Shown: piece after piece, positions 1-9,733 of the stretch
Position numbering within the stretch: the stretch's first letter is position 1
Layout of the letters: each line of letters opens with the position of its first letter
NCBI GenBank assembly: GCA_964613865.1
Contig: CAZTJM010000002.1
Coordinates: 4,132-68,131, forward strand
Length of the DNA stretch: 64,000 bases
Reading direction: 5' to 3'
Source of the DNA: an uncultured Limnohabitans sp.
GTDB lineage: Bacteria; Bacteroidota; Bacteroidia; Cytophagales; Cyclobacteriaceae
Program-made: the position numbers and the translations under genes
Notes under the pieces: generated by a model
What the model was told of the DNA's origin: nothing
The model's database searches: none
The model's input: the letters and a program-made list of their open reading frames with translations, nothing else

Positions 1-1766
1 ATATGGCTTTTGAAGGGTGGAAAATCGTACAGCTTCCTCGTTGACAGCACTTTTCTTTCCTTGGGGTCAAAAATAAAAAGGGTGCCGTCTCCCATCCCCC
101 AAATATTGCCGTCTGGACCTTTGATAAAGCCCGTCAAAGCAGAAGCTCCCTCGACCGGAACGGCTTCGAACAGGGTTTCCCCTGAAGAAGGATCCCATCC
201 AAACAATTTGGCTTCTTTGGTTTCGGGGGCTTTGCCCAGCCCTCCAGAAATGGTCGTCCCACCTAGGACATAGTCGCCGACAAATGCCAAAGCTGCGATG
301 GACTGCTTTTCAATCGGACTATCGAAAAATTTCAGCTCTTCCCTAGCCAAGTCGTAGGTCGCCATGGCCCCGCCCAACTTGCCGTATTCGGGGATCATCC
401 CAAAGACCACCAATTGACGCTCGGGAATGCTCACCTGCGCGAAGGAACGGCTTTGTCCCTCGAGTTGCCCGAGAAATTTGGGATTTCCCTCCTTAGGCTT
501 CCATTCGCCTTTGGTATCAAAGACATAAAACTTGCCTTTGGGGTAAACGCCAAAAAATAGCTGATCCCCCTGCACCGTCATTGCCTCCGTCTGGTCTAGA
601 CCTGGCAAAAACGTATGGCTTCCAGTCCTTGGATCAAAAGTAGCATTACCGCCAGCGAGGTATCCCCCCGACCAGATCTTCCCATCCGAAGCGGTGAGCA
701 AAGAGTGAATCGGAATGGGCTGGGGCGGAATCTGCAGCTTGGTTTTGTCCAGGGAATCGTCAGAGGGATCATAGGAATAAAGATTTGCCCCTGAGGTCAA
801 AAACATAATATTCCCACTATCTGCAATTTGAAACGCATTAGCCGTACCAACACTTTCACCCAAGACAGTTGCCGAGGATTCGCTCATAGAAGGATCAAAG
901 CGCCGTAACTCCGACTTCGCAGTATAGTAAACAGCATCTCCCGAAGCCGATCCAGCTATTGCCCTCATGTCCATTCCTTCGATTTCCTGCTCAAAAGTCC
1001 GAGTCTTGAGATTGTAAACCAAAGTGATGCTTCCGTTGGTAATCAGGGCAAAAAGCCGATCATTGCCGTCTTTTCCAGGCACAATTTCCAAACCATAGAC
1101 AAACTCATAGCTCCTAAATTTCTCCGGAAGCAATTCCTTTTTCTCCCCGGTCTTTGGATTGATTTCTATCAAGTGCGCCTGTGACCCCACTCCCGCATAG
1201 AGCATCCCTGTTTTGGGATAAAAAGCCAGGCTTCGCACGTAGTTTTCCTTTTCTACCAAAGCTCCCTTGCCCACATCAGAAAACCCATCTTCCGGATGAT
1301 ACCTGAAGACGCGGCAACCGGGGTATGTAGCTCCAAAAACCTCCCCATCCTCGCCGGGGGTTAGGCTCCAAAGGTAAGTTTCACCTTCCAAGGCTACGCC
1401 CAGATCTTTGACCTCCTGAGTCCCAGGCATATGGGCAAAAAGACTTCCGTTAGCACCGGGTGCATAGAGCGTTCCGTCCGAGGACTGCGCCAAGTCCCAA
1501 GCTCCATCTGCCTTTGGAAGAGGCTGATCCAACACCAGTTTCTTGGTTTTGACATCATAGCCCAAGAGATGGGCAGGCTCTCCCCTGACTACGGTATACA
1601 CCAGATCATTGCCGTTTTTGTCCTTGGCAAAGACCGATCCCTGAATCATAGAAGCGAAAAGCTGCGGACCGTGATTGGTAAAGCGGGTGGTATCAACCTG
1701 TCCTAAACTCAAAAATGAGACACCTACTAATAAAATATTGACTATAAATAGTTTAACAATCTTCAT
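1..1766 (-). CDS. Secreted multi-bladed beta-propeller protein, C-terminus truncated by the window edge
   Basis: Absent from the ORF track. Hand translation from ATG at 1766 gives MKIVKLFIVNILLVGVSFLSLGQVDTTRF (signal peptide) followed by propeller-like blades (AWDLAQSSDGTLY, LWSLTPGEDGEVFGATYP, VRSLAFYPKTGMLYAG, IHSLLTASDGKIWSGGY). The frame stays open to position 1 and starts 4 nt after the stop of the upstream gene. Confidence 0.85.
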   Translation of the reverse strand, partial: MKIVKLFIVNILLVGVSFLSLGQVDTTRFTNHGPQLFASMIQGSVFAKDKNGNDLVYTVVRGEPAHLLGYDVKTKKLVLDQPLPKADGAWDLAQSSDGTLYAPGANGSLFAHMPGTQEVKDLGVALEGETYLWSLTPGEDGEVFGATYPGCRVFRYHPEDGFSDVGKGALVEKENYVRSLAFYPKTGMLYAGVGSQAHLIEINPKTGEKKELLPEKFRSYEFVYGLEIVPGKDGNDRLFALITNGSITLVYNLKTRTFEQEIEGMDMRAIAGSASGDAVYYTAKSELRRFDPSMSESSATVLGESVGTANAFQIADSGNIMFLTSGANLYSYDPSDDSLDKTKLQIPPQPIPIHSLLTASDGKIWSGGYLAGGNATFDPRTGSHTFLPGLDQTEAMTVQGDQLFFGVYPKGKFYVFDTKGEWKPKEGNPKFLGQLEGQSRSFAQVSIPERQLVVFGMIPEYGKLGGAMATYDLAREELKFFDSPIEKQSIAALAFVGDYVLGGTTISGGLGKAPETKEAKLFGWDPSSGETLFEAVPVEGASALTGFIKGPDGNIWGMGDGTLFIFDPKERKVLSTRKLYDFPPFKSH

Positions 1767-1770
1767 TATT

Positions 1771-2835
1771 CTATACTTTATTCTGTTTTAAAAATTCACC
1801 GACGAAGGCGTCGTCGTTGAGATGGGGATAGGCTGAGTGTACTCGACTGATTTCCCCAGCTTGTCCCGAAGAAAGAACTTCATCTGGATTTAGACACCAG
1901 ATTCCATCCAGCAGTCCCTGTCTGCTGAGCATTTCATGCATACCCGGAATACATCCATGAAAGTGATGCGCGGGATCAAACATGGCTGCGTTCACATCCG
2001 TCACCTCGATCCCCTTGCTGAGGAGTCTGGCCCAATCTGCACCCGAACCGCTTTTTTTGCAGGCTTTGACCTCGGCCAAAAGCTCGACGGCTTTTTGGGT
2101 GTACACCGCCCAGTGGCCGAGTAGCCCGCCTACAAACTCTTTTTCCACCACCTTTCCCTCCACCTCAAACCTATAGGTAGTCAAGAGGTCAGCGACGATA
2201 TTGTCATCATTGCCAGTGTACATGGCAATGGAGTCCCTACGACTGCTTTCGGCCACGGCCCGCATCACATCGAGGGTCTGATAGCGATTGAAAGAGGCAC
2301 ATTTGATCGCCTCCAAGTTGTCTATCTCGGCAAACTCCCTCCAGAATTCGTAGGAAAAAATCCGGCCTCCCACGGAGGGCTGTAGGTAAAAGCCAAAAAC
2401 CGGAATGATCGCCGCAACCTCCCTTACCCGGTCAAGAATCGCCTCCTCTGCCCAGCCCTGCAATCCTCCCATGCTCAGCAAACCCATATCGTAGCCGTAG
2501 CCCAAGGCTAGATTTGCCTCTTTTTTCGCTTGGTCAGTTGGGCCGCAGATGCCTGCAACCTTCAGGAAGGGACGATCCAGTCTGGCCGACTCCACCTCTT
2601 CTGCTGCCCACTTCAATACCGTCTCAAATAAGTCTACTCCTGGATCACGGATCTCAAATTGCGTAGAGTGAACGCCTACCGCAATTCCCCCAGCTCCGCT
2701 GGCCATATAGTAGCGGCTGAGTTGTCTTTGACGCAGTTCATCTATCTTACGCTCCGCTGTCAGGGCCAAAGGATGGGCCGGAATCACCGTACCGGCATGC
2801 AGATGCCGTCTCAAGTCTTCGCTTAATCTTTTCAT
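1771..2835 (-). CDS. Dihydrodipicolinate synthase / N-acetylneuraminate lyase superfamily aldolase or dehydratase
   Basis: TIM-barrel motifs VIPAHP, GIAVGVHSTQ, FGFYLQ (Tyr), AIKCAS (Schiff-base Lys) and YTGNDD. Overlaps the upstream gene by 1 nt. Confidence 0.85.
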   Translation of the reverse strand: MKRLSEDLRRHLHAGTVIPAHPLALTAERKIDELRQRQLSRYYMASGAGGIAVGVHSTQFEIRDPGVDLFETVLKWAAEEVESARLDRPFLKVAGICGPTDQAKKEANLALGYGYDMGLLSMGGLQGWAEEAILDRVREVAAIIPVFGFYLQPSVGGRIFSYEFWREFAEIDNLEAIKCASFNRYQTLDVMRAVAESSRRDSIAMYTGNDDNIVADLLTTYRFEVEGKVVEKEFVGGLLGHWAVYTQKAVELLAEVKACKKSGSGADWARLLSKGIEVTDVNAAMFDPAHHFHGCIPGMHEMLSRQGLLDGIWCLNPDEVLSSGQAGEISRVHSAYPHLNDDAFVGEFLKQNKV

Positions 2836-3851
2836 TAGAACTTTCCTCCCCTCTCTTGAAAATGTGTGGCTTTTCCAAATTCCTCACCGCCATGTTTCAG
2901 CCAAGTCGCCGTGATATCTATGATCTCTCGGACGGTGACCTTGGGGTAGCCAAAAATGCGATGGCATTCGGAAGCATTGTTGAGCAAGGCTGTGCCTGTA
3001 GGTTCGCTGACAAACTTGGGCTCGATTCCGAAAATCCTTCCAAACTGCTGGGCAATCCATCTCACAGAAAGAATTTCCGGACCGGTCACGTTTAGGATCT
3101 TCGCAGGCGACTCGCAGTGCAGCAAAGATCGGATGGCAATTTCATTGGCGTCGCCTTGCCAAATCACGTTGACATTTTCTGTCCGCAGATCAATTTCCTT
3201 TCCGGCCAAAACAGACTTGGCAATCTCCATCATCACCCCGTAGCGAAAATCCACTGCATAGTTCAGTCGGTAGATCAGTGTGGGGGTTTGGTTCTTTTTG
3301 GAGAAATATTCGAAAATCCGCTCCCGTCCCAGGCAAGATTGGGCGTATTCGCCCAAAGGCTCCGGGGCGGTCTCTTCCGAAGGTCCCCCAGAGGTGACCG
3401 GTACAAAAGGCAGCACATTGCCTGATGAAAAGGCCACGATATTGGAGTCCCGGTATTTCTCCGCCACTCGACCCGGCAGATAGGCATTCATCGCCCAAGT
3501 GAAGGACTCATTGCCTGTAGTTCCAAACTTGTTGCCTGCGAGGTAAATGACATTTTCCGCTTTCGGCAAGGCCTGCAACTCGGAGTCGTTGAGCAAGTCA
3601 CAGGAGATGGTCTGGATTCCGCTCGCCTCCTGCTCAGCCTTTGCTTTCCCATCGGAAAATCTGGAAACACCGATGATGTTCTTTTTCACTCCGGCAGCCT
3701 TTGCAGCAGCAACGGCAAGCCTTCCCATACTAGGGCCCATTTTGCCCCCGATACCCAAAAGCAGAATATCTCCCTCGATTTTCGCCATGTCTGCTACCAA
3801 GTCTAAAGAAGGTATCGACAATTCTTTCTCTAACTGAATTAAATCTTTCAT
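2835..3851 (-). CDS. NAD-dependent epimerase/dehydratase (extended SDR)
   Basis: Rossmann motif LLLGIGGKMG, FSSGNV, and YAQSCLGRE (YxxxC in place of the usual YxxxK). Confidence 0.85.
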   Translation of the reverse strand: MKDLIQLEKELSIPSLDLVADMAKIEGDILLLGIGGKMGPSMGRLAVAAAKAAGVKKNIIGVSRFSDGKAKAEQEASGIQTISCDLLNDSELQALPKAENVIYLAGNKFGTTGNESFTWAMNAYLPGRVAEKYRDSNIVAFSSGNVLPFVPVTSGGPSEETAPEPLGEYAQSCLGRERIFEYFSKKNQTPTLIYRLNYAVDFRYGVMMEIAKSVLAGKEIDLRTENVNVIWQGDANEIAIRSLLHCESPAKILNVTGPEILSVRWIAQQFGRIFGIEPKFVSEPTGTALLNNASECHRIFGYPKVTVREIIDITATWLKHGGEEFGKATHFQERGGKF

Positions 3852-3916
3852 TGGTTTTCAATCACAATTGAACATCTGTTTTCTATTAAATGCTGACTTG
3901 AGTCAGATCACTATAT

Positions 3917-5122
3917 CTATTTGATAAATAACTCATTAAAATTCCATACGGCCAGACCCGTTAACAGCAGCAAGCCAACAGCTCCCGCGACTTTCACCAA
4001 TTTGGAGTTGACCCGCTGCCCCATGATTTGGCTGTCGTTCGCGATGGCGTACATGGCGATACCGATAAACGGAACCAGAAAAACCGTTACACTTTGAGCG
4101 AAGATGATCAGCTCCAGAGGGAGCTTTCCAAAGATCAAAGAGATGCTCATCCCGCAGCCCATGACCAAGGCAATCAGGCTGCGCACGGCTTTTGAACTTA
4201 GTCTACTACCAAAACCCAATGCATCGCCCAAAAGGCTTCCGCCAACGGTGGCATTGCCGACCAAGGATGAAAAGGAAGCACCAAATAGCCCGGCCAAAAA
4301 CAAGTGGGCTGCATAGGAACCAAATAGCGGTTCCAAGGCCTTGGACATCTCCGAGGCGCTATTGACTTTGATGCCTTGGGGATTGAGAACAGCTGCGGCG
4401 CAGATGATAACAACCATGCTCATCAGGCCCAAGATTAAGATTCCGGTAGCGCTCCGGTTTTTGGACTGGCCTTCCGTTCCGGGTTTTCGGCTTTCCTGCA
4501 CGAGGTAAGCCTGATAGAATGCCCCAACAATGGAAAAGCAGGAAGCCACAAAAGCGATCAGAAGCCCAGGAGAACCAACAGGGATGGTCGGTACAAAACC
4601 GCCCACGATTCCGTCAATCGATGGCTTGCTGAGAAACAGGGTGGTCAAAAAGGAAAACAGCATCAGTGCGACTAAAGCGATCATGAGCTTTTCCAAAGTC
4701 TTGTAAAAACTCCTGAAAAACAGCAAACTGATTCCCAGGAGGTTGAATACCAAGACCCAAATCCAAGTCGGTGTGCCTGTGGCCTCAGCCACGGCTATAC
4801 CCACTCCGATGGAGTTTCCTGCCTGAAAGGAAGTCGCCACCAGAAAAACGCCAAATCCAACCAGTACTCCGACTGCCTGCCCCCATTTCTTCCTGATTTG
4901 AGTCAAAAGGCTTTCCGGACTACTTAAGCCTATTCTAGCCCCCATGTCGGTAAAAACCAGCATGAAGAAAATCGCCACCACGACGACCCAGAGGGTATCG
5001 TAACCATATTCCGTGCCCAGTCGGGAGGTGATGGTCATCTTGCTCGGCCCAAAAACCAAGGCAGCAGTGATGATCCCTGGCCCCAAGCCTTTCAAGAGTT
5101 TGAATAATTTGCTTTCTGACAT
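3917..5122 (-). CDS. Nramp/YcsG-like secondary transporter
   Basis: About 11 hydrophobic segments, N-terminal LGPGIITAALVFGPSKM and GxxYGY motifs. The canonical Nramp DPGN metal motif is absent. Confidence 0.8.
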   Translation of the reverse strand: MSESKLFKLLKGLGPGIITAALVFGPSKMTITSRLGTEYGYDTLWVVVVAIFFMLVFTDMGARIGLSSPESLLTQIRKKWGQAVGVLVGFGVFLVATSFQAGNSIGVGIAVAEATGTPTWIWVLVFNLLGISLLFFRSFYKTLEKLMIALVALMLFSFLTTLFLSKPSIDGIVGGFVPTIPVGSPGLLIAFVASCFSIVGAFYQAYLVQESRKPGTEGQSKNRSATGILILGLMSMVVIICAAAVLNPQGIKVNSASEMSKALEPLFGSYAAHLFLAGLFGASFSSLVGNATVGGSLLGDALGFGSRLSSKAVRSLIALVMGCGMSISLIFGKLPLELIIFAQSVTVFLVPFIGIAMYAIANDSQIMGQRVNSKLVKVAGAVGLLLLTGLAVWNFNELFIK

Positions 5123-5124
5123 AG

Positions 5125-6591
5125 CTATCTGTTTTCTTCTACTTCACCCGAGCTCACCGCAGGCGCCTGATTTCCCCAGCTCTCGCGGATATAGCTAAGG
5201 ATTTGACTTGACTCTAGGTTGGACAGGAATGCGAAGGCCGGCATTTGGCCTTTGCCACGAACCACGATTTTCACCAATGCATCGATTTCTCCATTTACCA
5301 CTTGGCTTCCTGCAAGGGCTGGAAAGGTTCCGGCTACACCTTTCCCGTCTTCTTTGTGACAGGATGCGCAGTAATTGATGTACAATTGCTTTCCATCTAA
5401 GGAGGCTGTTTTGGAAGGAATTGACGGGTTTAGTGAACTGGAATTCAATTCATTTGTAACACTTATCTTAAGTATTTTATCATCTCCAACTAGCGGAAAT
5501 CCAGGCTGGGGATTCCAGTCTCTATTACTCGTAGAAATGTAAATTTCTCCCTCCAAGCCCACACATACATCACGCAGCCTCCCGTAGTGATTTTCAAAAA
5601 GCACCTCCTCCTTGTCAATGGATAGCCCATTGGCGGCTAGGTGTAGAATCCTCAAGCTTTTTCCTTTCAGTGTAGTCAGAAGAAGGGAATTGCCCCAATC
5701 AGAGATTTCATCTTTCCCATAAAAAGCCATCCCCGCGGGAGCTATTACAGGCGTCCATGAACGTATGGGCTCGATTGTCCGATTGGATTCTGCAAATGAA
5801 ATTTCCTCTGACAGATTGTGCTTTCCTTCGATTGCTGGCCAACCATGGTTAGCACCTGCTCGGATCAAATTCACCTCATCCTCTATCGCATCTCCATGCT
5901 CAGAAGTGTAGAGCAATCCAAGATCTGAAAAAGCCAATCCTTGCATGTTGCGAAATCCCAACGCCCATACATAGCTGCTTGAATCGGGGTTGTCGGCAGG
6001 GATGCTCCCATCCGCCCCCATGCGCAAAATCTTCCCGTTGAGTTTCTTCGGGTCTTGGGCATAGGCAAAATCATGGGTATCGCCCGTCGCCCAATACAGC
6101 ATACCATCCGGCCCAAATGCAAGCCTGGAACCATTGTGTGAGGTACCCCCTTCGATCTCGAGCAAAAGCTGACCATTGGTCAAGCCCTCCTTTTTCAACT
6201 CATATCTGAGAAGCTTGCTCGTGATGACTGAGTCCCGCTTGGCGGTATAATTCAGATATACGAAGGGATTATTCTCAAAATCCGGATGCAGTGCCATCCC
6301 CAGCAGTCCTGATGTTCGCTGTTGCCAGACGTCCGGTATGACAAGCATGGTCATCTTTTCAGCGGTTTGAAGGTTGATCCTGGACACTTTTCCCTCCTGC
6401 TCCGCGACCCAAAGAAAGCCCTGCGAATCCACCTCCAAATCCCAAGGCACGATGAGGGAATCAGCCAGAACTTCCACCTTTAGCCCCATCTCTGTCAACC
6501 TTACTGTATCAAGCAACTGAAGATCTGGTCTTTTCTCTTGGCATGAGACCATCCAAATAATGAGGTAAAACAGAAGGGCCAGTCTACTCAT
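5125..6591 (-). CDS. Lipoprotein PQQ-dependent aldose/glucose-sorbosone dehydrogenase (GSDH family) fused to a C-terminal cytochrome c
   Basis: Lipobox WMVSC. GSDH motifs HNGSRLAFGPDG, GFRNMQG, SEHG..DEVN, GANHGWP and GRLRDV. Heme motif YCASCH with distal MPAF. Confidence 0.88.
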   Translation of the reverse strand: MSRLALLFYLIIWMVSCQEKRPDLQLLDTVRLTEMGLKVEVLADSLIVPWDLEVDSQGFLWVAEQEGKVSRINLQTAEKMTMLVIPDVWQQRTSGLLGMALHPDFENNPFVYLNYTAKRDSVITSKLLRYELKKEGLTNGQLLLEIEGGTSHNGSRLAFGPDGMLYWATGDTHDFAYAQDPKKLNGKILRMGADGSIPADNPDSSSYVWALGFRNMQGLAFSDLGLLYTSEHGDAIEDEVNLIRAGANHGWPAIEGKHNLSEEISFAESNRTIEPIRSWTPVIAPAGMAFYGKDEISDWGNSLLLTTLKGKSLRILHLAANGLSIDKEEVLFENHYGRLRDVCVGLEGEIYISTSNRDWNPQPGFPLVGDDKILKISVTNELNSSSLNPSIPSKTASLDGKQLYINYCASCHKEDGKGVAGTFPALAGSQVVNGEIDALVKIVVRGKGQMPAFAFLSNLESSQILSYIRESWGNQAPAVSSGEVEENR

Positions 6592-8059
6592 TTCCGTCCC
6601 CCTTTGTTCTTTTCACTCGAGTGGGCTTTGCAAAGTCCGATTTCATTTCGGTCGGCAATAGGTAAACATTTCCCTTTCGATCCGAGAAATAAAGCTTGGA
6701 AAAGGATTTTTGCCGCCCATGGCCATCAGCCCAAAAGGAGAAAAACTCTCGCTGGACATTGACCGGCCTACGGGCATAGGAGTGGTTAAACTCGCTATTG
6801 GTAGTCATCGCTTTGCTTTTCCAAGACTTGCCCTGGTCTTGGCTGGTCCAGAGTACCATTTCTCCCCCGGTGTTATAGGCCTGCGGTCCAGTAGCCGTCG
6901 GTCCGACGATTCTCCAGACACCGGCCTCATCGATGTAGAGCGAGCCCATGTCGTAGTTGTTGTCCGATTCGGTGACCGGAAGTATTTCCCAGTCCGAACC
7001 CGTAAACCTCGCAGTGTGCCAAGTTCGAGGGCCATTTGCCGGCCCGGCCTCGTATCCCTTGCTGGTAACAAAGAGTATCACGGGGCGTCCATCCTCATCA
7101 AAGGCCAGATCGTTGATATATACCAGCAAACCCAAAGAAGCATAGTCCTTGACCAAAGCGGGGTTTTGAACATCGGTCAGGGGGATTTGGAGTTCCTGTC
7201 CTTGGACGTTATGCCAAGTTTTCCCGAAATCTCGAGTTTCAATGTAATATAGGTTTGTTCTGAAATTCAGGCCATTACCACCTTCTTTGATCGGGTGAAA
7301 ATTAAAAGAGGTGCCCAGCGCATTCCCTGACTGACCGCTGGTCTGATAGTGCCCTTCCTCTATTGCTGCCAAATCTTTCCATTCGGAATAAGAAACTCCG
7401 TCACCACTGCTCATATACCCGATCGTTCGTCGGGGCTTGGAGGGCTGGCCAGGAATTACCTTTTGGTCATAGTGTGTAAACAGGTTGATAAAGCCGTTTC
7501 CCGGCTGATACCATGATTGCAGGTAGGAAAAATTGTCCATGACCACACTTTTGCCATCTACGATCTTGGTGACATGGACCTGCTCAAATTCGGTGATGTC
7601 ATAGGGTCTTTTGCTTTTGTGTACAAAGGATGGCCCTTCCGTTCCGTGGGCTGTGGAAAATATCCAGAGGTAACCATCTGAGTCGATATTCATGACGGGA
7701 TTGTCATGGGCATCATCGGTTTCCTTGTCCAAAACAATAGTGGGCTTGGGTACTTTTCCTGTTTTGTGGTCAAAATAAGAGATCATGTGCCAAAGCGTTT
7801 CCCCAGCAGGATCCGCGCCCCCATAGCAAAAAAACGTCTTGTCTACCTCTGGTGAATAGATGGAAAATGGATAATGGTTGGCAGGATAGGTCGCCAGTCC
7901 CCCGCTGTATTTGTAAACGTACTCGTCGCTCGAAGGCTGGTTGCTGTACCAGATCCCCCGATATCCGGTATCTTTTTCATTGATGATCTTTGGCTGCTGT
8001 GCAAAAAGGCAAAGCGGTAGCATATACCCCAAAAGCAGGGTAAAAAGAAAGTTTTTCAT
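6584..8059 (-). CDS. Secreted BNR_4-type beta-propeller protein (possible polysaccharide lyase-like enzyme)
   Basis: Signal peptide MKNFLFTLLLGYMLPLCLFA (ATG at 8059), Asp-box-like SGDGVSYS, TRDFGKTW and SQDQGKSW, and DAHDNP and YDMGSL motifs. Confidence 0.75.
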   Translation of the reverse strand: MKNFLFTLLLGYMLPLCLFAQQPKIINEKDTGYRGIWYSNQPSSDEYVYKYSGGLATYPANHYPFSIYSPEVDKTFFCYGGADPAGETLWHMISYFDHKTGKVPKPTIVLDKETDDAHDNPVMNIDSDGYLWIFSTAHGTEGPSFVHKSKRPYDITEFEQVHVTKIVDGKSVVMDNFSYLQSWYQPGNGFINLFTHYDQKVIPGQPSKPRRTIGYMSSGDGVSYSEWKDLAAIEEGHYQTSGQSGNALGTSFNFHPIKEGGNGLNFRTNLYYIETRDFGKTWHNVQGQELQIPLTDVQNPALVKDYASLGLLVYINDLAFDEDGRPVILFVTSKGYEAGPANGPRTWHTARFTGSDWEILPVTESDNNYDMGSLYIDEAGVWRIVGPTATGPQAYNTGGEMVLWTSQDQGKSWKSKAMTTNSEFNHSYARRPVNVQREFFSFWADGHGRQKSFSKLYFSDRKGNVYLLPTEMKSDFAKPTRVKRTKGDGNE

Positions 8060-8090
8060 TGACAAATCGGATGTTTTCTTAATCTAGGAA

Positions 8091-8157
8091 GAAGGGGCCA
8101 AAAGCTAAAACACGGCCTGTTCCAAAAACAGACAGGCCGCTTAGCTTTTAGCCCTTC
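8091..8157. other. Long intercistronic stem-loop between susD and the BNR_4 gene
   Basis: GAAGGGGCCAAAAGCTAA..CGGCCTGT pairs with ACAGGCCG.TTAGCTTTTAGCCCTTC. Confidence 0.7.
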
Positions 8158-8166
8158 AAAACCTAT

Positions 8167-9630
8167 TTAATAGCCTGGATTTTGGGAAATCATGGCAGGA
8201 TTGATGTCCACTTGGCTTTGGGGAATCGCCAAGAGGAGATGATGAGGCTGGATTCCTTTGTCAGCCAAAACCTCCAAAGCACGATCGGTACGCACGAGAT
8301 CAAACCAACGATGTCCTTCAAACGCGAGCTCAACCCTTCTTTCCTGCTCCACTGTCAGTCGAAACTCAGACTGAGTCGCGATTTGTAGGGTTGGATCTTC
8401 ATTGGAGAAAGATTTTGCCGGCAAACCAGCTCTAGTTCGGATCTGATTCAAATAGTCAAATGCTGGCCCGTCAGCCTCAAAACCCAATTCATTCAAAGCC
8501 TCCGCATACATCAACAGAACATCGGCATATCGCAGGACAATCCAGTTGTTGTCGCTGTCCAAGTTGGCGGCCGGAGTACCGGAGTACTTCACTACATAAT
8601 TGTGCTCGGTCGTTTTGCCACTAAGCACGTAGCTTGTCTTCATCGAGGATGCTTTTCTCAGGTCTCCTTCTTCGTAGGCCAGATTCATCTCGGCAGTCGG
8701 GATATTCTGTCCCAAAGGATTGCCAACGGCAACCACAGCGGTGCCTGATCCTATTGGAGCAAACTGATTGGTAAAGGGGCTGCCTTCTCCACTTGAGCCG
8801 CTTTTGAACTGCACTTCAAAGATGGATTCGGCATTGTTTTCTGCTGTCACCCCAAAGATGTTTGCATATGTGGGCATCAGCGTGTATTTGGTTTGCGCGG
8901 CTTCATCGATTACCTGCTTCAGTTTCTGTGCAGCCAAAGTCCACTCTTTGCGGGTCAAATAGACCTTGCCCAAAAGCGACATCGCGGCACCTTTGGTCGC
9001 TCGACCAGCCTCCGCAGACGGGTAAGTGTAGGGAAGTGAAGCCTCGGCATCCACCAAGTCGGCAATGATCTGTTGGTAAACGTCCTCTGTTCCAGTCCGG
9101 CCATACTCATACCCTTCCTGTGGATTGTTGATCACCTTAGTCACCAAGGGCACATCTCCATAGATCCGCACCAGATTGAAATACATCAGCGCTCTCAGAA
9201 ATTTCGCTTCACCGACATAGCGGGCCTTCAGCGTCGCATCCATCGCCACGCCTTCGATCTTTTCTATGACAATATTGGCAGCTTGGATACCCTGATAATG
9301 CCCCGTCCAAGTCGTGTTGCTGATGGAGGTCACCGGCGTGTTGGTAAAGTTGTCGATCGCCTGCAGGTCAGCGCCTGCATTGGGATTGGTGATCTCCGTG
9401 TTGTCGGAGCGCAGATCCCCCATCACATGAATGGAGGAATAATACTGTCCACTGTATTGTAGAGAACCGTACACAGCGGTAAGGGCGTTGCCCATGTCTT
9501 CCGCGGTTTTGTAAAAGTTATTGCTGTTTTGCTGGGAAATCGGAGCCAAATCCAGAAAATCGCTATTGCAAGATCCGGCGGTCAGCATGACAAATGCTCC
9601 TGCGGCAATCCATATTTTCGTGTTTTTCAT
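8167..9630 (-). CDS. susD: RagB/SusD family nutrient-uptake lipoprotein
   Basis: Lipobox TAGSC; GEAKFLRALMYFNLVRIYGDVP, LRYADVLLMYAEA and ERRVELAFEGHRWFDLVR motifs. Confidence 0.95.
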   Translation of the reverse strand: MKNTKIWIAAGAFVMLTAGSCNSDFLDLAPISQQNSNNFYKTAEDMGNALTAVYGSLQYSGQYYSSIHVMGDLRSDNTEITNPNAGADLQAIDNFTNTPVTSISNTTWTGHYQGIQAANIVIEKIEGVAMDATLKARYVGEAKFLRALMYFNLVRIYGDVPLVTKVINNPQEGYEYGRTGTEDVYQQIIADLVDAEASLPYTYPSAEAGRATKGAAMSLLGKVYLTRKEWTLAAQKLKQVIDEAAQTKYTLMPTYANIFGVTAENNAESIFEVQFKSGSSGEGSPFTNQFAPIGSGTAVVAVGNPLGQNIPTAEMNLAYEEGDLRKASSMKTSYVLSGKTTEHNYVVKYSGTPAANLDSDNNWIVLRYADVLLMYAEALNELGFEADGPAFDYLNQIRTRAGLPAKSFSNEDPTLQIATQSEFRLTVEQERRVELAFEGHRWFDLVRTDRALEVLADKGIQPHHLLLAIPQSQVDINPAMISQNPGY

Positions 9631-9733
9631 GTGTTTAGATTTTATTTTTTAAAGGCCACATGGAATCTCGCATGTCGAAAATCAACTCTCTTGGTGAAGT
9701 TTTCTTCATGCTCGATTTCATAACTAGTTCAGA

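Noticed and set aside
1771-2835. dapA (lysine biosynthesis) call
   Set aside because: The GTTGE motif is replaced and the context is catabolic.
3917-5122. mntH manganese transporter call
   Set aside because: It lacks the DPGN and MPH metal-binding motifs.
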